Below, one piece after another: positions 13,788 to 25,872 of a stretch of 54,440 bases of DNA. Position numbers and translations under genes: made by a program. The stretch lies in assembly GCF_006345805.1 (NCBI RefSeq), contig NW_021832535.1, forward strand, positions 1-54,440. The letters run 5' to 3'. Within the stretch, counting starts at the first letter, position 1, and every line of letters starts with the position of its first letter. The notes beneath the pieces were generated by a model. It saw only the letters and a list, made by a program, of their open reading frames with translations. It had not been told where the DNA came from and did no database searches. The DNA is from Octopus sinensis (taxonomy: Eukaryota).

Positions 13788-14351
13788 ACACATGGTACAA
13801 AATTATACAAAAAAAAACAAATTACAGAGACAGAGTGTATTAGTATGATGCCCAGGAAAAACGGAAGAATTTGTTGATGTTCCACGCCTACGTTCTTCTG
13901 TAGAAAAGAAAAAGGAAGAAAACAGAGGGAGAAAAAATGTATGTATGTGTGCGTGTATATATATGCACGTACATAAATGTGTGTGTGCGTGTGTGTGTGT
14001 GTGTGTGTGAACGCTTGCGTTTGTCCCTCTTTAGATCTGGTATTGGTCGCTTTACACTCCCATAACGTTCGGCAAAAAGAGACCAATAATATAAATACTA
14101 ATATTACAAACAAGTACTGGGATCGATTTGCTCGATTAAAATTTTCAAGGCATTGCCCCAGCATAGCCACAGACGAAAAATTGAAATCGATAAAAAAAAA
14201 AGATAGGTCTGAAACCGTGGCAGATCGATTGATAGATGCATTTATACATATCTTAACAATACGAAAACTCTAGCGATGCTTGTGTGTACACGAAATATCC
14301 CAGAAATAGTATATTTTTATCTTAATTTTTTTTTTGCATATCTATCTTCAT

Positions 14352-14684
14352 ACTTACCTTCGGCAGTGCAGTACAAATTTTTGTGATATTTGGGCCTCTA
14401 TTTATTAATGAAAACGATTAAACAATTTTTGTTTGTTATTTCTTGACGAAAAAAATGGCCTCCGTGTCGTCAACGCACGTACATACAGAATACACAAACA
14501 TACGATGAATGTCATGGTGGTCAATCAACACAAGCACGTCTGCTATCTGTGACATATACACACACATAGGCTTCGCACGCTCAAAAACAAAAAACGTCGA
14601 CTTTTTGACTTACACAATGTTTTAATCATTTAGAAATATTAACTGATTGTGATTTCAAAAATGTAAGTTGTTTGTACAGTAAGT
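14352..14684. promoter_or_regulatory. Possible divergent promoter with first-exon splice donors on both strands
   Basis: CpG-richer unique sequence. Minus-strand donor AAG|GTAAGTA at 14358/14357 and plus-strand GTAAGT at 14663 and 14679. Confidence 0.25.
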
Positions 14685-14749
14685 ATTTATATTTTAGCTT
14701 TCTTTAAACAGACAATATTTTAATTTTTATTTCGATTATTTTCAAGTGA

Positions 14750-15153
14750 ATGGCGATTTTTCACTTTGACTCTCAGAACTGTCATCCTGAATTCGTTAAT
14801 TTCCGTAAAAAAATTATATTTATTTACTTTTTTGTTTTAAAATAAAAGATGTATGCATGTGGATATGAAATGGACGTGTGTGTGTGAAAGAGAGTGAGAG
14901 AGAAAGAGAGAGAGGAAGAGAAAGAGAGAAAAAGAGAGAGAGAGAAAGAGAGTGAGTGAAGGGGTGTGTTGTCATGTATGTGTAAATGTCTCTCTCTCTT
15001 ACACACACATACACACGCACACACATACGTCCATTTCATAGACATGTTCATACATCTTTCACTTTAAAACAAAAGTAAATAAATAAAAAAAAATTACGGA
15101 AATTAACGAACTGATCCGGATGACAGTTCTGAGAGTGAAAGCGAAAGATCGCC
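14750..15153. repeat. Inverted repeat (~135-bp arms) around (GA)n/(CA)n
   Basis: CTCTCAGAACTGTCATCC..TTCGTTAATTTCCGTAA..GATGTATG..TATGAAATGGACGT appears on both strands, imperfect. Confidence 0.8.
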
Positions 15154-15214
15154 CCAAGGGAATACCATGACAAAAATTCTTTCCAAGTCCATTCAACGTA
15201 TCTCAACGCCAAAG

Positions 15215-15325
15215 ATTTGGCTACTATTTCTAGCACGCCCTGCTACAACGTAACAGCTATTTGCGATAAAGAACCCGAGTTACATGTTACGTGGTAGCAG
15301 GGCGTGCAAGAAATAGCAGCCAAAT
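15215..15325. repeat. Short inverted repeat (41-bp arms)
   Basis: ATTTGGCTACTATTTCTAGCACGCCCTGCTACAACGTAACA versus TGTTACGTGGTAGCAGGGCGTGCAAGAAATAGCAGCCAAAT, three mismatches. Confidence 0.85.
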
Positions 15326-15498
15326 TTTTCCTTTTCTGGGGAAAGGAGCCGTTTACGTGTGATTTCAATGTCACATTCGTTGAAAGCATGCAAAATAACA
15401 TGGAAAAGGAAAAAAAACACGAAACAAAACTCCATTGCTGGGAAACTCAGACTTTCCAAGTGACCCAATGGATCACGGGTAGTCTAGATTGGACTCAC

Positions 15499-15530
<32 letters not shown>

Positions 15531-15659
15531 CACAAGGTGTGGTGGATATATTATTGCCTAAATTATGCAAAAATGTATATAACACCGACATCTCATTTTA
15601 ACAGGTATATTTACCAAAATTAAATAAAAATATCTTGAAATAGTAAAGAGTTTTTAAGT

Positions 15660-15786
15660 CTGAGGCTGTGTGGGAAGATGAATGGAGGCATAATGTCACC
15701 ATCACTAGTGGTCACTCCAAACACCATCATGTTGACCGGACGTTTGATTTTTATCAACTCTCGGTGCAACTTTTTTACCCACCGCA
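15660..15786 (-). mobile_element. Tc1/mariner transposase remnant with one terminal repeat
   Basis: KRPVNMMVFGVTTSDGDIMPPFIFPHSLRL, next to GCGGTGGGTAAAAAAGT. Confidence 0.6.
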
Positions 15787-15889
15787 GCCTGTGTGCACAC
15801 ACACGTATATATATATATATATATACGTTTAAATATTTGTTGTGCAAGATTTTATTGGCTAAACTGGCAATATGACCATTCCGAAATAT

Positions 15890-15934
<45 letters not shown>

Positions 15935-15936
15935 AT

Positions 15937-15975
<39 letters not shown>

Positions 15976-16026
15976 TATGTGTGTGTATATATACATATAT
16001 ATGTACATATATATATATATATATAG

Positions 16027-16057
<31 letters not shown>

Positions 16058-16379
16058 TATGTATATATCTATATGTATATATATATATGTGTATATATAT
16101 ATACATATATACACACACACACATATATATATTGAGAAAGTAGTGAATGATGGACAACGTCTTTTGAGAATATGGTTGATTGAACCTCGTGTGTTCAGAG
16201 AACATGTGAGTGATAATAATTTATACTTTATATTATCTTTTAAACAGTTATATATTTAGCTTTAATTGTAACAAGGTTTTTTTATAATAATTTTACTTGG
16301 AAATGGATGTGCCGCGTTCAATTAAATCATAATAATAATAAATAAATTATAATTTATATACATATAACTGTACAAACAA

Positions 16380-17030
16380 TATTAAATACATAAACAAATG
16401 AGTCAAATACGTAATTGTTTAATTAAATTTGATGGATATCTGTCCTCATCTTGTTTGTTGTTGATACATCTTTTCAGCTGATATACCCTCCAGCCTTCTT
16501 CAGGTGTCTTGGGGAGATTTCGAACCTGGGTTCTTATTCCGAAGGTATTTTTTGAATTTATTATTATTATTATTCGATCTCAGAATTTTGGGGTTAGTAG
16601 CCCATGCTCTCAACCACTGTGCCCGTAGGCATGCCCATGGGCAATTATGGAATTAATTTTAGAGCTTATAAATCTAATATTTTTCTATTCTTCCTTAATA
16701 CCAGTTCCCATATGCTGCTCATATCTGCACTTGGTCTGCTTAGGAGGTTGTTGTGTCCTTGCATATGGGCTCCTTTTTTTAGTTTTCGTATTTTCCAGTG
16801 GTGTTCTCTGTGTATTATTTTAACTTTGTCCCACAGGGGGAGATGGTCTTCATTTTTCCATACATGATCAGTTATACCTGATTTATCAATATCTCCTCAT
16901 GCTTTATGATGTCCCTGTATCCTTATTTTGAGGGGCCGGCATGTTTCGCCTTTGTATAACCTACCACAGCTGCATGGGATGGAGTACATGCAGTCTTTGG
17001 TCATATTCTCTTCTTTTTGGTGGCTTTACA
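16380..17030 (-). mobile_element. Penelope/Poseidon-type PLE 3' end: GIY-YIG endonuclease, 3' UTR and pLTR
   Basis: Minus translation MYSIPCSCGRLYKGETCRPLKIRIQGH...KSGITDHVW...WDKVKII..EHHWKIRKLK, followed by a hammerhead-like pLTR. Confidence 0.75.
16464..16507 (-). ncRNA. Degenerate minimal type I hammerhead ribozyme (HHR family 1)
   Basis: ACAC-CTGAAGA-A-GGCTG(loop)CAGCT-GAAA-AGAT-GTAT. Core and stem II are recognisable, stems I and III are mutated. Confidence 0.45.
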
Positions 17031-17059
17031 TCTACTTAATTATTATTATTATTATGTAT

Positions 17060-17142
17060 TTTCTTGTACATACATAAGGCTTGATGAGGGTGTCAAGGAT
17101 TCCATGAAGGGGTCAGTGGTCTAAAAAGTTTGGGGACCCCTG
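17060..17142 (-). mobile_element. hAT/Charlie-like terminal fragment
   Basis: CAGGGGTCCCCAAACTTTTT terminus, which abruptly ends the PLE RT reading frame. Confidence 0.45.
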
Positions 17143-18480
17143 GATTAGATATCCTTTTTGATACATTTTCAAGTAATCTATGTGTGGTGTTTTTTGGATG
17201 GTTACTTCCTATGTTGATGTATCTTAGGTTAGTATTTGGCATATGGTAGGCCTTATGCTTCCCTGTTTCTAGATTAAGGTTAACATCCAAGAAGTTAATG
17301 GAATTGCGTTCATTTTCAATAGTTATTGATAGTCCTATGTTCTTGAAGAATTTCTAAAATTTTCTCTTATATATCTCTAATTAGATAGGTTATCAGGTCA
17401 TCCCTGTAAAGACCACATCCGAATTCTGGAAAATCCCTACCTAAGTTAGATAATATGTACTCCCACTGAATCCTGTGCTGAGTCTGCTGATCCCATTGTA
17501 CTATCAAAGCTATCATTAGTGTCCTTCCTTACCCAGGATTCATTATCAAATTTTATAATTGCTTTCTTAACCGCTAGTGTTATGTTGATTTCACTCGTAT
17601 TTAGGTTAGTATTCTTTTATGCAAATAAGAGGGCCTTATTTAGTAATATTGGCTTAGTTGATGAATGGTAGCTTTCTATATCAATTTGTATCAGCTTTTT
17701 ATTTATTTTTTTTTTGTCTAATTTGTTAAACCACTATATTACTTCTTGTGAGTTTGTTTAATTTTACTAATTCACTTAGTGTAGATATATATTTATCAAT
17801 TATTGTTTTGCTTATTTTTCTGAGGTCTGACTTCTCTTGACAAATTAATTTAACGCTAGGGTTACACTTGAAATTGGGTTTGTGGTTTTTAAAGTTAATT
17901 CATGGTCTTTTAAGTACAAAAAGGGTCTGTTTTAAGTACAAAAGGGTCTGTTTTATCATCTGCTTTATAATTTGTCATTATTTCTTGGGTCTTTTTCTTT
18001 ATTATTCTCAATTGCTCGTTATTCATTATCTTGTAGGTTTTTTTTGTTGTTTCTTTCTTAGTAATTTGTGATAGTGGTGGATGCTACTAGTTTTATCTGC
18101 ATGAACAATAAGTCCATCTCTTCTCTTATGGTCCTTGGTAATAGATTTTAGTTTTTTTAAGTGTTCATTTCCTCTATGGGAATATCTTCTGAATTTTACA
18201 TTTATAACTATGGTCGTCCACAATTCTTCAAAAGCTGTCAAATGATTATTTGGTGGTTTGGTATTTCCTAGTCCTGTAATATTGCTCTTTCACCCTTAGT
18301 CTTATCCTTTGGTGGTTCTCCTTTGTTGTAGTAGTATACTTTCCATGTGAATCCGTGTATGAACTTCATTATTTTTTCTATTAGGTCCTTCATGAATTCC
18401 TTTCTGGGTGGTATTGGAATGTCTTTAATTGATGTCTCTGCTTGAATTTTCTCCATTTCACCAGTTGGAAGCATTTATTT
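17143..18480 (-). mobile_element. Decayed PLE N-terminus and RT (GLYRDD type), 3'-truncated
   Basis: SIKDIPIPPRKEFMKDLIEKI, IVHADKT, IQIDIESY, FDSTMGSADSA, GCGLYRDDL and DVNLNL..YINIGSNHP, across several frames. Confidence 0.8.
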
Positions 18481-18671
18481 ACATATATAATGAGCATTAA
18501 TGAAGTTTTGTAAAGAGAGAGATGGTCCTTGTAGGGATGTCTTACATCCAAACTTCTGCTGGTTTATCCATATATCTGTGAATTTACTGGAATTTGTATA
18601 GTACTAGTGTCAAATACATACTAATGCTAACACCGAAAAACAAATTCCAGTATGTGTGTGTGTGTGTGTGT

Positions 18672-19040
18672 GACTGCTGAAAACATGCATAGGCTTGAAT
18701 GGAATGAAGCCAGTATGCTCCGCTGGACGTGTAATGTCAGTGTCCATACACGACAGAGTGTAAGCACCCCGAGAGAAAAGTTGGACATAAGAAGCATGCA
18801 TCAGATGTGGTGTGCAAGAGAGACGACTGCACTTGGATGGTCACGTGATGTATATGGACGAGGACAGCTGTGTGAAGAAGTGTCACACCCTAACAATGGA
18901 GGGAACCTGTGGAAGAGGTAGACCCAGGAAGACATGGGATGAGGTGGTGAAGCACAACCTTGGAACATTGGACCTCACACAGGCAACCAAGGCCTGTGGG
19001 GATATGCTGTGCTTGAGAAGACTTGGCAAACCAAGTGAGA
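18672..19040 (+). mobile_element. RTE-clade LINE 3' fragment
   Basis: EASMLRWTCNVSV and GHVMYMDEDSCVKKCHTLTMEGTCGRGRPRKTWDEVV. Same family as 51914-53283. Confidence 0.85.
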
Positions 19041-19129
19041 TTCATAGTCATGGCCGATGCCAGTTTTGCATAACTGACCCGTTTAAACATACCCTTCAAT
19101 TATTGGGCAATATGCTGTGCTTCTGAGGA

Positions 19130-19740
19130 CCTGTTGAACCCAGTAAAATGATCAATGTCCCCATCATTAACCTTGAGACTCATGGACTTTCCAAGAGACA
19201 CTATTTTCTTGACCGCAAGTGCCTCAGACTCAAACCCCTTGAAGTCTCTTTCGGATACGCAGTCAGGTCACAGTTCCCTCCATGCAAAATTCAGCGTTCT
19301 CCTTGTTACACCCTGTCGTAGTTATGGCCAATGCCAGTACCACCTGACCATAATCTTCAGCTGCCTTCATGTCAGAACTTGCTACTTCTCCATATTTGAT
19401 GACATTGTGAACGCCAGTCCTCTTCTTGAAATTATCAAACCAGCCGCGACTGGCTGATGTCTTCTCCATTGCTGTTCCAAGGTTCTGCTTCAGGAGATCC
19501 CCACACAATGCTCGTGCTTTCTCGCAGATGATGGCTTCTGTAATTGTATTCCCTGTGAGTTGCTTCTTGTTGATCCACAGGGGAAGCAATTTTTCCATCT
19601 TAGAGAGCCTGGAGACACTCTTTGCTGTTGTGATGGCCATTTTCTTCACAATGGTACAGATTGTCGATGTACCTCGGTTGTATTGACCTGCTATGCCCAC
19701 TACACGCACTCTTCTCTCAAGTTTATCAATGCAAGGAAAT
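19130..19740 (-). mobile_element. Tigger/pogo transposase remnant with internal deletion
   Basis: CENP-B-type HTH: STICTIVKK...MEKLLPLWINKKQLTGNTITEAIICEKAR...ASRGWFDNFKKRTG. C-terminal DFKGF..KKIVSLGKSMSLKV at ~19160-19250. Confidence 0.8.
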
Positions 19741-19749
19741 CTAAAACTG

Positions 19750-20854
19750 GCTGCCATCCCACAGCAACACAGCTTGTGTGTACTGGAAATTTCAAGATTA
19801 AACAGTGTTATGGCCGTGCAACATGCATTCAGACTCGAGGGTCCTACCATTCTTCCATTCAGAAATGATACAACGATTTTAGTCAGAAAGGACGTATCTG
19901 TGATGAGAGAAAAGGAGATTCTGGCCGACCATCAGTCTCAGAGAAAGTTATTGATTGAGGCAGAAGAAAATTTGTACACATCCCAAAAAAGTCAATTAGC
20001 CAAGAGTCCCGTCACACTCTCCAAAGCACATTTTGAAAGATCCTACATAAATACCTAAAGTTTCACCCTTACAAGCTCCACCCAAAAAATAATGGAATGC
20101 GATTTGAATTTTGTGAGAATATCCAGCAATTAATGGAAGACAATGATAATCTGCTGTGAAAAATCCTTTCCAGTGATGAGGCGATATTTCACTCGAACGG
20201 TAAAGTCAATAGGCATAACGTGCAGATATGGGGACTTGAAAATCCACACGCTGCCCAGGAAATTGAGCAAGACTCACCAAAAGTTAATGTGTTTGTACTG
20301 TACCAGAGAGGACAGTATGTGGCCCTTTCTTCTTTGAGGGAGGAACGGTTACTGGTCAAAGTTACCTGGAGATGCTGACCAATTGGATGTTTCCACAACT
20401 AGCCACTGAGGGTGATGACTACCTTTTCCAGCAAGACAGTGCTCCATTGCATTGGCATCTCACTGCTAATGGTCATGCTGGATTGGTCATGCTGAATGAG
20501 ATGACCAGGTGTTCTGCAAGTGGCCTATGAGGTCACCGGAACTAACTGTTTGTGACTTGTTCATTTGGGTTACATGAAGAGCACACTTTACATACCTGCA
20601 CCACCTGCAATGCTGAGGGAGCTGAAAAGTTTGACGACTAAAACAGTTCACATGGTAACTCCAGATATGTTGAGAGGGTCTGGACCGGACCCAAGCAACC
20701 AGAGGGGCACACATTGGGTGCCTTTAATGCTACCCTCTACCACATGAAACTGAATGAAATCCTGCATCTGAGGCTACTGACTGTGAAAGATCATTACAAT
20801 GAAGTTACCTGTTATACCTGTTTGAAATCAGGGAGCGTTTTTGGGGACACCCTG
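19750..20854 (+). mobile_element. Decayed Tc1/mariner-type transposase with 3' TIR
   Basis: CVLEISRLNSVMAVQHAFRL, SDEAIFH.NGKVNRHNV.IWG.ENPH, GPFFFEG, FQQDSAPLHW and KWP.RSP motifs. Ends GGACACCCTG|TA. Confidence 0.85.
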
Positions 20855-20861
20855 TATATTC

Positions 20862-21062
20862 TTTTATTCTTTTACTTGTTTCAGTCATTTGACTGCAGCC
20901 ATGCTGGAGCACTGCCTTTAGTCAAACAAATGACCCCACGACTTATTCTTTGTCAGCTCAGTACCTATTCTATCGGTCTCTTTTGCCGAACTGCTAAGTT
21001 ACAGGGATGTAAACACACCAACATTGGTTGTCAAGCGATGGTGGAGGGGACAAATGCAGACA
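20862..21062 (-). mobile_element. Family A SINE 3' half
   Basis: CAGTCATTTGACTGCAGCCATGCTGGAGCAC...GGTTGTCAAGCG, followed by (TACA)n to ~21315. Confidence 0.75.
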
Positions 21063-21277
21063 CACACACAGATATACATACATACATACATATATATACA
21101 TACATATCTACATACATATATATACATACATACATACATCCATATATATATACATACATACATATATACATACATAATATACATACATATACATACATAC
21201 ATACATATATACATACATATATATATACATACATACATATACATACATACATATATATACATACATACATACATACA

Positions 21278-21309
<32 letters not shown>

Positions 21310-21574
21310 CATAAATATAAATGTAAACTCCAGGGAGTGAGGTGTAGGAAGAAAGTTAGCTTCAAGCAATCCATAATAAATATAAAAGAACAACTTTCAG
21401 GGACAATAGTGGTTTAGTGAGATGGGAAGTAGTGGATTTTTTTTGTATTGAAGTGGGATAAGTTGAAAAAAGTTCTAATTATAATCCAGGGACGGTGAAC
21501 AGGGTTCCTGGATGAACGAATAAAAATACAAGATTTACGGAATGGAGTTGGAAAGACCAAGGATACTCTTTCGC

Positions 21575-21895
21575 TCTTGTGGCCATGCTGGAGTACCGCC
21601 TTTAGTCAAGCAAATCGACCCCGGGACTTATTCTTTGTAAGCCTAGTACTTATTCTATTGGTCTCTTTTGCCGAACCGCTAATTTATGGGGACGTAAACA
21701 CACCAGCATCGGTTGTCAAGCAATGTTGGGGGGATAAGCACAGACACACATACATATATATACGTATACATATATACGACGTGCTTCTTTCAGTTTCCCT
21801 TTACCAAATCCGCTCAGTGCCCCGCAGTGCGACTGAACCCAGAACCATATGGTTGGTAAGCAAGCTACTTACCACACAGCCACTCCTGTGCCTAT
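21575..21895 (-). mobile_element. Family A SINE with internal deletion
   Basis: Head at 21815-21895 and 3' body at 21575-21740. Confidence 0.8.
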
Positions 21896-22064
21896 ACATA
21901 GCTTTCTGATTGAATCTTGCTTGCATCAACATGTATCTCCTTGCAACAACCTTTAATCTTATCAAGATATCTTTGGCCTGAAGCATAGCCAGCAGTATAC
22001 ACCTCACTTGCTATGAAATATATGTAGCCCGGATCTTTCCTACTCCATTCTGTAATTCTTGTAT

Positions 22065-22133
<69 letters not shown>

Positions 22134-22444
22134 CTATATATATGTATGTATGTATAAAAAAAGTTCGTTTCTATATTTTTGTTTTTATGTTTTCATTTCT
22201 CATTGTGTTCAACGTTTTTTTTTATGTCCTGTGCCCATATATGCATGTATATATACATATATATGTAGGTATGTACATATATGTATGTATATATACATAT
22301 ATTTATATATTATTTATATGATATATAATATATATACATATACACATATATATATATATATATATATAATATATATATAATATATATATAATACATATAT
22401 ATATATATATAATATATATATAATACATATATATAACATGTATA

Positions 22445-22892
22445 TATTGATTAAGGGTAAAATCAATTAATTATTAATTAATTTCACCAAGTAGTTTTCA
22501 GTATGTAAAAGGACCATTCAAGGCGTATTCAAAATATTACGTTATATAATTAGGGCTCAGTAAAATAATTTACTTTGCCACATACTGAAATTTTTAGAAA
22601 TAGCAGCCAAAAAGATTTTTTAGCCATTTCTACTACATTAAGAAGAGTCTCCCAGAAATGTCGAGTTTTAATTCGACTAATCTAGAAACGTGAGCGTTCT
22701 CAAATAATCTTTGTACATGTGATATTTTGCTGTTTTCCCTCCATATCTACGTGAATTATTTTTGAGTAAACACTATCTGGGAGACTCTTCTTAATGTAGT
22801 AGAAATGGCTAAAAAATCTTTTTGGCTGCTATTTCTAAAAATTTCAGTATGTGGCAAAGTAAATTAATTTACTGAGCCCTAATTATATAACG

Positions 22893-22893
<1 letters not shown>
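22445..22893 (-). mobile_element. PLE-type terminal-repeat fragment with fold-back duplication
   Basis: 22539-22656 and 22776-22893 are 118-bp inverted arms with one mismatch seen. The left end is homologous to 11310-11520. Confidence 0.65.
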
Positions 22894-22924
<31 letters not shown>

Positions 22925-22956
22925 TTTATTTTAAGCAGCAGAAAATTCAACAAAAT

Positions 22957-22994
22957 CTGTTACTCTGAGTTTCTCGTTGCCGTTCATCAGACAG
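22957..22994 (-). ncRNA. Minimal type I hammerhead ribozyme (family 2, copy a)
   Basis: Minus strand CTGT-CTGATGA-ACG GCAA CGA-GAAA-CTC A GAG-TA-ACAG. Confidence 0.75.
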
Positions 22995-23566
22995 TTTTTG
23001 CTAGAATGGAACATATATATTAATTCAATCTATACTCTTACAAACGCTACACCTTTAAAAAGAAATGGACTTGTTTGATTGGCCCTTTAGAAAAAACGGT
23101 CAATCTTCGAGCGATAAACAAAAAGGTCAAAAATATATGTATATATATATAAAAAAACTTATAAAAATTATAAAAATTATAAAATCCGAGGAAAAAAACC
23201 GAGGAAAAACCTATTGCCGTTAATGAAGACAGTACAAATTAATGCATAGAAATTAAACCTGTTATAAATACTGCAATACATATTTATATTAAAATCCACA
23301 TATATATATCAACATACACAAAAGGATGCGCGTAAACGCCATACATACATATACAGACGTATGAATATGAATCTAAATTATACACATAAAAGCATGTGTA
23401 CATATATTCACGCAAACCGTCTCGCACGCAAGCTAAAATTCATCTATATAGCAATTCTCATATACTGAGCAAGGAGGGGGAACGAAAGAAAGGGAAAGAG
23501 AGAAAAAAGGAACGAAAGAGGGGTGGGGGGGGGGGGGGGAACTTGTAGCGATGTTATTGGCATCTA

Positions 23567-24706
23567 AAAATAGAATTCCCATTTATAGATGCAGGTCTAT
23601 ATAGGGATGACGGCCTTATAGCCACGCATAATCTAAACGGCCATGAATCAGATAGACTTAGGAAGGACCTTATAGCTTTCTTTCAAAGGATGGGCTTACG
23701 GATTACGATAGATACTAACCTGAATAGTGTAGATTTTTTAGACGTAAATTTTAATGTAAGATCGGATAGATTTAAACCTTTCCGTAAGCCCAATGAAAAG
23801 CTATCGTATATTAGCAAAGATTCGAACCATCCACCAGTTATCCTTAGCAACTTAGTCAGCAATGTAGGTAGAAGAATATCTTCAATTTCTTCGGACGAGG
23901 CAGCATTCCATAATGCTGCACCTTATTACGATAGCGCATTAAAGAATAGTGGATTCCCGGAGAAGATCCAGTTCAACCAGCTTAATGCTAATAATAATGC
24001 TGCACGAAGAACTAGGACCAGGAAAGTTTTGTGGTTCAACCCGGCTTTCAATTTGGCCGTAAAGACTAATATAGGTAAGGAATTTTTGAGATTAGTCTCT
24101 AAGCATTTTAAGCAGGGTCATAAATTCTACAGAATATTTAATAGAAGAACCCTGAAGGTTAGCTATTCTTGTTGCAGAAATTTCGCCTCTTACATTAGCC
24201 AACATAATAGGAAGCTAATTGAGATTAGACATGGTGCCGAGCCCATTAAGAAATGTAATTGTAAAAACGAAAGCTCCTGTCCGTTAGAAGGGAAATGTCT
24301 AGTGAAAGGAGTAGTTTATAGAGCCAAGGTGCAAGTGGAAGGCTCATCGGAATACAAGACATACACAGGGGCTTCAGAAAATTCATTTAAAACAAGATTT
24401 TATTCTCATAAGAATTCTTTTAAATACCCAGAGAATAGGAAGAAAACCAGCCTAGCAAAATATGTCTGGGAACTAAAAGAAAAGGAAGCCCCACCTTTCA
24501 ACGTGACATGGAGCATTCTGGACAGGGCGGCACCATACAGGCATGGAGCTTACAAATATAATTTCAAGTGCAAGCTTTGCTTATTAGAAAAAATGCACAT
24601 ATTATTCAAAGACAATAATTCTTTGAATCAAAGAAGTGAGTTAATGAACTTATGTAGGCACGCGGCTAAATTTAAAATGTCGAATATAAATATACCATAT
24701 GGATAG
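23567..24706 (+). CDS. PLE RT (C-terminal half) plus GIY-YIG endonuclease, 5'-truncated but uninterrupted
   Basis: The frame extends upstream of the listed ATG: KIEFPFIDAGLYRDDGL (YxDD). It then has DFLDVNFN, SNHPP, WFNP, linker CNCKNESSCPLEGKC, VVYRA..TYTG (GIY-YIG), CKLCLLEK and LNQRSEL..CRH. The motif set resembles the Naiad group, but this needs phylogeny. Confidence 0.9.
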   Translation, partial: KIEFPFIDAGLYRDDGLIATHNLNGHESDRLRKDLIAFFQRMGLRITIDTNLNSVDFLDVNFNVRSDRFKPFRKPNEKLSYISKDSNHPPVILSNLVSNVGRRISSISSDEAAFHNAAPYYDSALKNSGFPEKIQFNQLNANNNAARRTRTRKVLWFNPAFNLAVKTNIGKEFLRLVSKHFKQGHKFYRIFNRRTLKVSYSCCRNFASYISQHNRKLIEIRHGAEPIKKCNCKNESSCPLEGKCLVKGVVYRAKVQVEGSSEYKTYTGASENSFKTRFYSHKNSFKYPENRKKTSLAKYVWELKEKEAPPFNVTWSILDRAAPYRHGAYKYNFKCKLCLLEKMHILFKDNNSLNQRSELMNLCRHAAKFKMSNINIPYG

Positions 24707-25731
24707 AGTATATATTTTGTATTTTGATTTTTGATTTTTGATTTTGACTCTTAAGCGCTACGACGGATCTATAGCAAAGTCTTATTGTTTCTACATATAT
24801 ATTAGGAAAAACCTACAAACTTTGTTTTCATGTTATTGTATTGCATAGGATTACCTTGATTATTTATATTACCTTGATTATTTATAAATGACCCAAAATA
24901 GGATGTTATATTTTATTTTATATGTCTTTCGTATATATTTTTATTAATGCACCCATTTTTTAAAAGCAATGTTTTTTTTTTTAAAAAAAAGCAATGTTGT
25001 CAAATTTAGAATGTTTATATAAGTTTGTGTATAGCAAAGCATATGTATTTGTAAGCATGCGTATCTGTGTATGTGTAAGTGAAAGTATGCTTGTGCTTAA
25101 GCACGCATACACACGACGGTATGTATATGTATCAATTCAAACTTGTGTATGTATACTGGCCTCTATAGATGCCAATAACATCGCTACAAGTTCCCCCCCC
25201 CACCCCTCTTTCGTTCCTTTTTTCTCTCTTTCCCTTTCTTTCGTTCCCCCTCCTTGCTCAGTATATGAGAATTGCTACATAGATGAATTTTAGCTTGCGT
25301 GCGAGACGGTTTGCGTGAATATATGTACACATGCTTTTATGTGTATAATTTAGATTCATATTCATACGTCTGTATATGTATGTATGGCGTTTACGCGCAT
25401 CCTTTTGTGTATGTTGATATATATATGTGGATTTTAATATAAATATGTATTGCAGTATTTATAACAGGTTTAATTTCTATGCATTAATTTGTACTGTCTT
25501 CATTAACGGCAATAGGTTTTTCCTCGGTTTTTTTCCTCGGATTTTATAATTTTTATAATTTTTATAAGTTTTTTTATATATATATACATATATTTTTGAC
25601 CTTTTTGTTTATCGCTCGAAGATTGACCGTTTTTTCTAAAGGGCCAATCAAACAAGTCCATTTCTTTTTAAAGGTGTAGCGTTTGTAAGAGTATAGATTG
25701 AATTAATATATATGTTCCATTCTAGCAAAAA

Positions 25732-25769
25732 CTGTCTGATGAACGGCAACGAGAAACTCAGAGTAACAG
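25732..25769 (+). ncRNA. Minimal type I hammerhead ribozyme (family 2, copy b)
   Basis: CTGT-CTGATGA-ACG GCAA CGA-GAAA-CTC A GAG-TA-ACAG: stem I CTGT/ACAG, GNRA-capped stem II, palindromic stem III, GUA cleavage triplet. Confidence 0.75.
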
Positions 25770-25872
25770 ATTTTGTTGAATTTTCTGCTGCTTAAAATAA
25801 AGCATATTACTCTACCACTGGTATTTGAGTACTCTTTTTTCCACCTTGTTTCACATTTATGTGTTTACTCCG

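Noticed and set aside
15852-16259. ORFs rich in Y/I/H/T/C/V (also at ~3346, 13539, 20714-21393, 22102, 27006, 40980-41806)
   Set aside because: These are translations of (TA)n, (CA)n, (TACA)n and (GATA)n microsatellites.
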